From contig NZ_CP080507.1 in NCBI RefSeq assembly GCF_019464535.1, positions 2,250,001-2,282,000 of the forward strand: DNA of 32,000 nucleotides, read 5' to 3'. A program made the position numbers and the translations under genes. Below the pieces are notes generated by a model. The model did no database searches, had not been told where the DNA came from, and saw only the letters and a program-made list of their open reading frames with translations. Below are positions 7,527 to 13,936 of this stretch, piece after piece (the stretch's first letter is position 1; each line of letters opens with the position of its first letter). Source of the DNA: Horticoccus luteus (GTDB taxonomy: Bacteria > Verrucomicrobiota > Verrucomicrobiia > Opitutales > Opitutaceae).

Positions 7527-9743
7527 TCACGACCCTGCCGCGTCCGGTTGCACCCGCAATTCGATTTGCTCGGCCAAAATTCCCAGCAGCCGCGGATCGT
7601 CGTCGCCCGGCGACACCGCCGGCTGCGGCAAACGCAGCTCGATCGTCGTCGCGCCCGGCGGCACGGCGAACGGCTTCACTTTCACCCACGCGAGTTTCAC
7701 GCCCACGTTCACCGTCTGCACGCGTTGACCATTCGCCCAGATTTCAACCTCCCGCGGCACCAGGCTTCGCGTCAGCATCCGCAGTTCGATCTGCCGCGAT
7801 TCCGCGTGCGGATTGCCCACCGCGATCGTCGCGTTCCCCGACGTCCATTGCCAGCAAAGCCCGCTGTGCACGCGCGTCTCGCGGCCATGCCAGCCCGTCC
7901 CGAGCTCCGCCTGCAGATACGACGGACTCGCCCGTCGGATGACTGCGTAACGCTCGTTGAGCACCCAACCATCCGCCCGTTTCGGCGGCACCACGCGCAA
8001 GATATGACCGTTCAATTCCCACTCGCCTCGCATCGGCGTGTTGCGCCGCCCCTCATAGGTGTAGGTGTGAAAATACTGCGCCCGCCGCAGCAAAAACTGG
8101 TTCGCCCACAACCGCTCCCAGAAATCCGGCACCTCCAGGTTGATCGACGTCACCTCCGGATGACCCTCGAGCTGCTGCACCGCCGCGAGCCGTCGATCCA
8201 CCTTCAACGGCGGATCCGCCGCCTCCCTCAAAAACGCCACCGCGCCCACCCCCACGCCCACCGACACCGCCAGCGCCAGCAAACCCGTGCTCCACCTCAC
8301 CCACCGCACCCGCGACCGCGTAAACATCAGCCACCCACAAAACGCCGGCAGCATCCCCACGTAGAACACCGCGAACAGCTTGTAGGCATCGTAGCTCGCG
8401 TTCGTCCCGAGATGTTTCCCCCGCCACCACAGGTAACCATAGCCCACCAGAATCGGCGCTGTGAGCGCGACCGCCGCCCACGTGCGGCTGCGTTGACCAC
8501 GCTGCGAAAACCCCGCCACGAGAAACGCGATCAGCGCAAACACCACCACGACCGATCCCGCCCATTGCCACTCCGGGCCGATCGGATGCAACCCCGGCCC
8601 CGCCCGCACGCCCAACCAGCCCGACGGCGCCAAGCCCCGGATGTGCCACCCGATGTCCGCCTCGCGAAACAACAGCAGCCGCTCCCACAACCCCGCCACC
8701 CGCGTGAAAAAAACCGCCCCGGCCACGACGAGCGGCGTGAGCATCAGCCACGCCCACCGCCCGAGCCGCCGCCACTCGCCCGTGCGCAGCGTCAGCCCGC
8801 CCGCAAACGCCACCGCCGGCACCAGGCACACCAGCAGGATGAAATTATACGCTCCCAGAATCAGCGCATAGCCCGCGAACAACAGCCCGCTCAACGCCAC
8901 CCCGTTCCGCCTCGTCGGCCCCGCCCGCCACAACACCACGCCCGCCCACGTCACCAAAGCGATCGCCACCGCCGCGATCAATTGCGCCGTCGCTCCATGA
9001 TACACCGCATACCACGTGATCGGATTAAAACCATACAACGCCGCGATCCACACACTCCCGCGCTCCCCGTGCCCCACCACGCCCCGCGCCATCCACACCA
9101 CCGCCGGCACCGACACCGCCAGCAGCACCGTCGTGAAAACGCTCACCACTTGAAACGCCTGCCACCCAAACACACTCGCGTTCAACGCCATCAACGCCGA
9201 CGGCGTGAAGTGATTCAGCCGCAGCCAAAAATCGAAAAAGTTGTCCACCGAGTGCAGCCCCACCACCTCCGTCAACCCCATGAACCCGCCGCGGTCGCCA
9301 TGACTGAATTCCATGAACACCCGCGCCCCCGCCGCGTAATCCGCCGCATCGCAGCTCCCCAGCGACAAACTCGTCAACGCCGTCGCCGCCCACGTAAACG
9401 GCGCCACCAACACCGCCTGCACCAACGCCACCAGCACCCACACGCCCCGCGTCCGCCAAACCGGACGCCCGACCGCGAGCCCCCGCCGCCGCACGCGCAT
9501 CCATCCCGCCACGAGCAGCAACAGCGGCACCACCTCGCTCCACCGCGCATAAACATCCGTCCCCGCCACCTCCGTGTGCGCCGCGAAAACCCACACCACG
9601 ATCGACTGCAACGTGAGACCCAGCGCCGGGACAAATAGCGGCCAGAAATGCCAGTGCCGCCGCGGCGTCACGAGCCACGCTGCGCCCACGCCCCACCCCA
9701 GCACGTGAAAGAGCAGACCGAATGCGGCGAGGAAGTAGGCCAT
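7527..9743 (-). CDS. Polytopic membrane protein, GT-C-like putative glycosyltransferase with a C-terminal extracytoplasmic domain
   Basis: 738 aa. At least 12 hydrophobic helices in the first ~520 aa, then a soluble tail ending ...GDDDPRLLGILAEQIELRV. First gene of the SDR/aminotransferase/ArnC-like operon (16 nt gap to the next gene). I recognised no named family motif. Confidence 0.6.
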   Translation of the reverse strand: MAYFLAAFGLLFHVLGWGVGAAWLVTPRRHWHFWPLFVPALGLTLQSIVVWVFAAHTEVAGTDVYARWSEVVPLLLLVAGWMRVRRRGLAVGRPVWRTRGVWVLVALVQAVLVAPFTWAATALTSLSLGSCDAADYAAGARVFMEFSHGDRGGFMGLTEVVGLHSVDNFFDFWLRLNHFTPSALMALNASVFGWQAFQVVSVFTTVLLAVSVPAVVWMARGVVGHGERGSVWIAALYGFNPITWYAVYHGATAQLIAAVAIALVTWAGVVLWRAGPTRRNGVALSGLLFAGYALILGAYNFILLVCLVPAVAFAGGLTLRTGEWRRLGRWAWLMLTPLVVAGAVFFTRVAGLWERLLLFREADIGWHIRGLAPSGWLGVRAGPGLHPIGPEWQWAGSVVVVFALIAFLVAGFSQRGQRSRTWAAVALTAPILVGYGYLWWRGKHLGTNASYDAYKLFAVFYVGMLPAFCGWLMFTRSRVRWVRWSTGLLALAVSVGVGVGAVAFLREAADPPLKVDRRLAAVQQLEGHPEVTSINLEVPDFWERLWANQFLLRRAQYFHTYTYEGRRNTPMRGEWELNGHILRVVPPKRADGWVLNERYAVIRRASPSYLQAELGTGWHGRETRVHSGLCWQWTSGNATIAVGNPHAESRQIELRMLTRSLVPREVEIWANGQRVQTVNVGVKLAWVKVKPFAVPPGATTIELRLPQPAVSPGDDDPRLLGILAEQIELRVQPDAAGS

Positions 9744-9918
9744 CCGTGAGGAGCGGCCACCCTGACGCCTCCACCGCCCGTGTTAAGGAAAAACGTCCCC
9801 CCCACCCGCCGTATGATTCGCCTCAACGCCCCGCCCGCCATTCGCTTCGCGCTCAACGCCCGGCCCGATTCTCGCCATCTACCGGGCCCGCCTATTAGCC
9901 TTACGCGTCACGGGTGGA

Positions 9919-9984
9919 CCGTGCGCTCCGCGCGCGGTGATTGGTCGAGCGACGTTGCGTCCAAGTCGCGCGCGGAGCGCACCG
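9919..9984. repeat. Imperfect palindromic (REP-like) element, copy 1
   Basis: A perfect 16-bp stem, GTGCGCTCCGCGCGCG (9921-9936) with CGCGCGCGGAGCGCAC (9967-9982), encloses a 30-nt loop. Arms and loop are both closely similar to 15613-15677. Confidence 0.8.
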
Positions 9985-10753
9985 CTCACCTCTCCGTCTG
10001 CGACCCGGACTTCAATCCGCCCCAACCCAGCGGCGTCTTCGCTCCGTCAAAGCCGCCGCCCAACCGCGCAAAAACTCAAAATTTTGTTCGGCGACCGCCC
10101 GCCCATCCGCCATCGTCCGTCCACTCCGCGTGCGCCCGCCTCACCCTGCCTCCACTCGCACTTTTCCACCCCGCTCGCTCGCCCACGCACCGGGGCGTCA
10201 CCGGGTTCTTGTTCGCCAATGCTTCGCTACATCCGTCGCGTTCGTCGTGGATCAATCCGTTGACCAGCAGGCAACGTTCGCCGCCCGGCTGCACGCCGTC
10301 GACGATCGGCCCTTCGACTTCCCGCCAGTTCACCCCGTTCAAAACGGGAACAACGTGCGCCTGCGCTTCTTCAGCCCGCCTACGACTACGACGACGATTC
10401 CGCCGCTTCTCCGTCGAACACGCGCAGCGGCCACGGGACCGGCTCGATACAACTATGCCGGCAGGACCATTCCTCTGAGTCGTCGCCAGAAATATCCTGC
10501 CCCCAGCACTGTCCCTTCGCGTCTGAAACTCATGGCGGCAAAGGAAGTAACCCGCGCCCGCCGAAAATATTTGCGCGCCAGTTCGCGCTCCGCCGACTCG
10601 CACCACTCGACCGCAACTTACAACTACGCCGCTCGGCGCAACCTCACGGTCCCGACCTTTCGCCGAGCATCTCCTGCTCCAACGACCTCCCGCTACGCTT
10701 CACGGAGCCACTTACGCTCACGCGAAGATTTTGTCGCCCCAAACAGTGGAGCC

Positions 10754-11305
10754 ATGGGCCCCGCTGGGCCGGCCGGGAATATTTTGGTTTCAGCCACCGG
10801 AGGCCCCGCAGCAGGTAACAGCGTCTATGACCTTGGCTCGAAAGCCATAGCGGGAGCTGGAGGAGTTCAGACAGCCGTAGGTTTGGTTGGAACCACGGGG
10901 GCGTCGATAGGCAGCAATGGCAAGGTTTATACCAGTGGCTGGGGCGGCAACCAATACGTCACAACAGCCAAGTTCGCAGAGATAGCCACCAAGGCCGGAT
11001 TTGTTTTAGCGGCGGCTGGAACGGCGTGGGATTGGATTAATGTGTTCAATGGGAGCGGAAGTATCTCTGGCACTAAGGCGACGGTGAACACTGGATTTAC
11101 TGGGCTGGGGCTGCTAGGTGGTCCGATGGGCGCAGCCGGTGGCGCTGGATACTTCCTCATCGACAACTTCTATCCGGGCGGCTGGTTGGGCAATGGATCG
11201 AATCAGCCCTACAACGGCGCAGGTGCGCTGCGTGATTATGGCACAACGATTGAGAACAATCAGAAGATCGTCCCGGGGTGGGAACCGCGCGATCCTCCGT
11301 TCTAA
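10754..11305 (+). CDS. Glycine-rich protein with a glycine-zipper hydrophobic segment (candidate membrane-active toxin or bacteriocin); unrecognised family
   Basis: 184 aa from ATG 10754; an in-frame ATG at 10532 is an alternative start. Codon usage and GC are visibly different from the flanks. Contains AGFVLAAAGTAWDWI and FTGLGLLGGPMGAAGGAGYFLI (GxxxGxxxG). No signal peptide. Confidence 0.5.
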   Translation: MGPAGPAGNILVSATGGPAAGNSVYDLGSKAIAGAGGVQTAVGLVGTTGASIGSNGKVYTSGWGGNQYVTTAKFAEIATKAGFVLAAAGTAWDWINVFNGSGSISGTKATVNTGFTGLGLLGGPMGAAGGAGYFLIDNFYPGGWLGNGSNQPYNGAGALRDYGTTIENNQKIVPGWEPRDPPF

Positions 11306-11322
11306 CGCCAAGACGCATTGCA

Positions 11323-11730
11323 ATGAACCGCTTGAAACAAATCTACCTGACAGTCTTCACTCTCTTTTTTCGAGCAGCGGCTGACTCTTGGACTGCGTCG
11401 ATCAACGCTTGGAAGGGTGTTGTCGGGGTGACGATGATCGAGTGGGCGATCCTTGTCGCAGTGAATGCATGGTTGCAGTGGTGGCTTGGCACAAAGCTCT
11501 TGTTCGGGTTGGAGAAGTGGGCGTTCTACGCGCTGTTTTTACTGTCGTTTGGTGTGAACTATTACGCCCTCATCACCCGCGGCTTTGGCATCCAATACGA
11601 GCAAGACTTCTCTACGCTGCCTAAGAGGGAAAGAACGTCGCGGCTCGTAATCGGGATCAGCACCGTCGTCGTGATCGTCGGGTTGTTGGTTGTGTCGTTT
11701 TATACAGCGAGGCCCGGTGCGCCTCGATGA
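11323..11730 (+). CDS. Small 4-TM membrane protein (candidate immunity partner)
   Basis: 135 aa from ATG 11323, 17 nt after the preceding stop; the track ORF 11278 start would overlap the upstream gene. Four hydrophobic helices: IYLTVFTLFF, VTMIEWAILVAVNAWLQWWL, WAFYALFLLSFGVNYYALI, LVIGISTVVVIVGLLVVSFY. Same low-GC composition as the upstream ORF. Confidence 0.55.
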   Translation: MNRLKQIYLTVFTLFFRAAADSWTASINAWKGVVGVTMIEWAILVAVNAWLQWWLGTKLLFGLEKWAFYALFLLSFGVNYYALITRGFGIQYEQDFSTLPKRERTSRLVIGISTVVVIVGLLVVSFYTARPGAPR

Positions 11731-11818
11731 GTCAGGCGGCACACGTCGCGCCAGCTCTCCGCAAGCTCCGATCTGTCACGCCGTCTGCTTCCTCCTCCGC
11801 TGTCGCTCCGTCCGGTGG
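11727..11818. repeat. Direct repeat of ~85-92 bp, copy 1 (begins at the stop codon of the 4-TM gene)
   Basis: ATGAgtCAGGCGGCACACGtCGCGCCAGC...TGTCACGcCGTCTGCTTCCTCCTCCGCTGtCGCTCCGTCCGGTGG. It recurs at 11910-11993 with one internal indel. Confidence 0.8.
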
Positions 11819-11819
11819 C

Positions 11820-11853
11820 GCAAGCCGGACGGGGTCGCAAGCCGGACGGGGTC
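11820..11853. repeat. Perfect 17-bp tandem duplication (GCAAGCCGGACGGGGTC x2)
   Basis: Read directly at 11820-11836 and 11837-11853. CCGGACGG also pairs with CCGTCCGG at the end of direct-repeat copy 1. Confidence 0.85.
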
Positions 11854-11909
11854 AGGCCGATAATTGTTGATTTTGTCCTGCTGCGCTGACGCTTGCCGCA
11901 ACGTCCTCA

Positions 11910-11993
11910 ATGACCCAGGCGGCACACGCCGCGCCAGCGCCGAGCCGCTGTCACGTCGTCTGCTTCCTCCTCCGCTGGCGCTCCGTCCGGTGG
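11910..11993. repeat. Direct repeat of ~85-92 bp, copy 2
   Basis: ATGAccCAGGCGGCACACGcCGCGCCAGC...TGTCACGtCGTCTGCTTCCTCCTCCGCTGgCGCTCCGTCCGGTGG, lying 183 bp after copy 1. Confidence 0.8.
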
Positions 11994-12137
11994 AGTCCTG
12001 CCCCGCCGGGGGCGGCGTGCGCGGCAAGAATGCCGCGCGAACGCGGCGCTCCTGTAAGACCCGCGCCGGCACGTCACGCGTCCACTGCGCTGCGCTACGT
12101 TCCCGCGAGTCGTGCCCGCCCTATCGTGACCGGCGGG

Positions 12138-13802
12138 GGGGCCCAAGCCAAAAACCTCATGTCTTGACTCTTGACAATCACGCGTGGAACAACGCGCCCG
12201 AGGCCTCGCGTGCAGGTCGCCGTCCACTCCGCCCTCTCACTCCCTTAAGTAGCGCCACCCGCGAGACCGAAAGACCCTCGAACTCACGAACCTTCCCCTG
12301 CTCACCCTCCTTTCCGGCCTACCGCGAAGATCGAACTTCCCCACGGAAACGCGGCGCCCGTCCGCAGCCACGCTCGCTCCAACGTCATTGCCCCGCGCAG
12401 CACCCCCTCGACCGGCGCTGGCATCAGCCGCACATCCGATCCAGCCGCCGGCGCCGGCCACAACTTCCGCCGCGCCACGATCAACGGCAACGGCAACGTG
12501 TTCCAGTGCGTCAGCCGCTCCACCCCAAAGCCCGCGTCAACCAGCAGCCGTCGCATCCCTGCCCGCGTGTAGCGCCGGCGTCCCTCCACCGCCACGTCGT
12601 GATACGACCATAACCACGGATGCGCCGGCACGTTGATCACCGCGACACCACCCGGCCGCAGCACGCGGACAAACTCCCGCACCGCCGCCGCGTCGTCGTC
12701 GAGATGGTAAAGCACATCCGTCGACACCACGGCGTCGAATCGCGCATCCCCCAGCGGCAACGCCGTCAACGGCGCCTCCCTCACCTCCGCCGCCGGCGCG
12801 CGTTCCCGGGCGAGAGCCACCGCCACCGGCGAAATATCCACGCCCGTCCAGCGCCACGCCTTCTCGTCCGCCAGTCGCCGCATCAACCCGCCCGTGCCGC
12901 AACCCGCGTCGAGCAACGCGGCCTCGCGTCCCGCCCACGCCCTCAACGCCCCGCGCACGTGCGCGTGCAACGGGCCCGATCCGAAAACCTCATGTCTTGA
13001 ATCTTGACTAGCGCGTAGCACAACGCGCCCGACGCCTTGCGTGCAGGTCGCCTTCCACTCCGCCCTCACTCCCTTAAGTAGTGCCGCCCCGCGAGACCGA
13101 AAGACGCACGAACTCACGAACTTTCCCCTGCTCACCCTCTTTTCCGGCCTACCGCGAAGATTGAACTTCCCCACGGAAACGCCCCGCCCGCTCGCAGCCA
13201 CGCTCGCTCCAACGTCATTGCCCCGCGCAGCACCGCCTCGACCGGGGCTGGCATCAGCCGCACATCCGATCCAGCCGCCGGCGCCCGCCACAACTTCCGC
13301 CGCGCCACGATCAACGGCAACGTCAACGTGTTCCAGTGCGTCAGCCGTTCCACCCCAAAGCCCACGTCGACCAGCAGCCGTCGCATCCCTGCCCGCGTGT
13401 AGCGCCGGCGTCCCTCCACCGCCACGTCGTGATACGACCATAACCACGGATGCGCCGGCACGTTGATCACCGCGACACCACCCGGCCGCAGCACGCGGAA
13501 AAACTCCCGCACCGCCGCCGCGTCGTCGTCGAGATGATAGAGGACATCCGCCGACACCACGGCGTCGAATCGCGCATCCGCCAGCGGCAACGCCGTCAAC
13601 GACGCCTCGATCACCTCCGCCCCCGGCGCGCGTTCCCGGGCGAGAGCCACCGCCACCGGCGAAATATCCACGCCCGTCCAGCGCCACGCCTTCTCGTCCG
13701 CCAGCCGCCGCATCAACCCGCCCGTGCCGCAACCCGCGTCGAGCAACGCGGCCTCGCGTCCCGCCCACGCTTTCAACGCCCCGCGCACGTGCGCGTGCAA
13801 CG
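12138..13802. repeat. Head-to-tail tandem duplication, two units of ~830-834 bp (12138-12972 and 12972-13802)
   Basis: Long collinear near-identical stretches. For example, 12150-12360 matches 12984-13190 (AAAACCTCATGTCTTGA...CTCCCTTAAGTAG...CCGCGAAGAT(C/T)GAACTTCCCCACGGAAAC), and 12420-12970 matches 13250-13800. Homology stops at GTGCGCGTGCAACG on both units. Confidence 0.9.
12302..12970 (-). pseudogene. 5'-truncated paralogue of the class I SAM-dependent methyltransferase (lacks ~35 N-terminal codons and an ATG)
   Basis: Its translation (..LHAHVRGALRAWAGREAALLDAGCGTGGLMRRL...SSIFAVGRKGG*) differs from the 13132..13863 product at roughly a dozen of ~220 positions. Homology ends at the duplication junction. 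Only TTG (12970) or GTG (12958) could serve as starts. Confidence 0.6.
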
Positions 13803-13863
13803 CACGGAAATACCACATCGCGTCCTCCACGGCGGCGAGCTTGCGGTGTTCCTCGGGACTCAT
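13132..13863 (-). CDS. Class I SAM-dependent methyltransferase
   Basis: 243 aa from ATG 13863 (MSPEEHRKLAAVEDAMWYFRALH...). SAM motif I LLDAGCGTGG, then VVSADVLYHLDDD and LRPGGVAVINVPA. I preferred this start over the track start at 13938, which would overlap the divergent GT4 start codon. Confidence 0.85.
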   Translation of the reverse strand: MSPEEHRKLAAVEDAMWYFRALHAHVRGALKAWAGREAALLDAGCGTGGLMRRLADEKAWRWTGVDISPVAVALARERAPGAEVIEASLTALPLADARFDAVVSADVLYHLDDDAAAVREFFRVLRPGGVAVINVPAHPWLWSYHDVAVEGRRRYTRAGMRRLLVDVGFGVERLTHWNTLTLPLIVARRKLWRAPAAGSDVRLMPAPVEAVLRGAMTLERAWLRAGGAFPWGSSIFAVGRKRG

Positions 13864-13936
13864 TCCTCCGAGCGAAGCCGCGGCGTTAAGCTTTGCCAAG
13901 GGAAACACCGCCGCCCAGCGTTGCCCGCTCGCCGCC

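Noticed and set aside
7443-9638. 731-aa + strand ORF opposite the 738-aa membrane protein gene
   Set aside because: It is extremely Arg/His/Pro/Gln-rich and has no motifs. The antisense frame encodes a coherent polytopic membrane protein.
11910-12167. 85-aa ORF and the short ORF at 11727 that both begin M(S/T)QAAH(V/A)APA within the direct repeats, considered as small duplicated peptide genes
   Set aside because: Similarity beyond the first ~10 codons is lost through the indel and resulting frame change. The downstream translations are Arg/Cys/Pro-rich. The conservation is better explained at the DNA level, as a repeat, than at the protein level.
12302-13816. 504-aa minus-strand ORF running through both methyltransferase copies
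   Set aside because: Its first ~280 codons are an out-of-frame reading of the intact copy (Gly/Arg-rich). The frame stays open only because of GC content. The real units are the intact gene 13132..13863 and the truncated copy 12302..12970.
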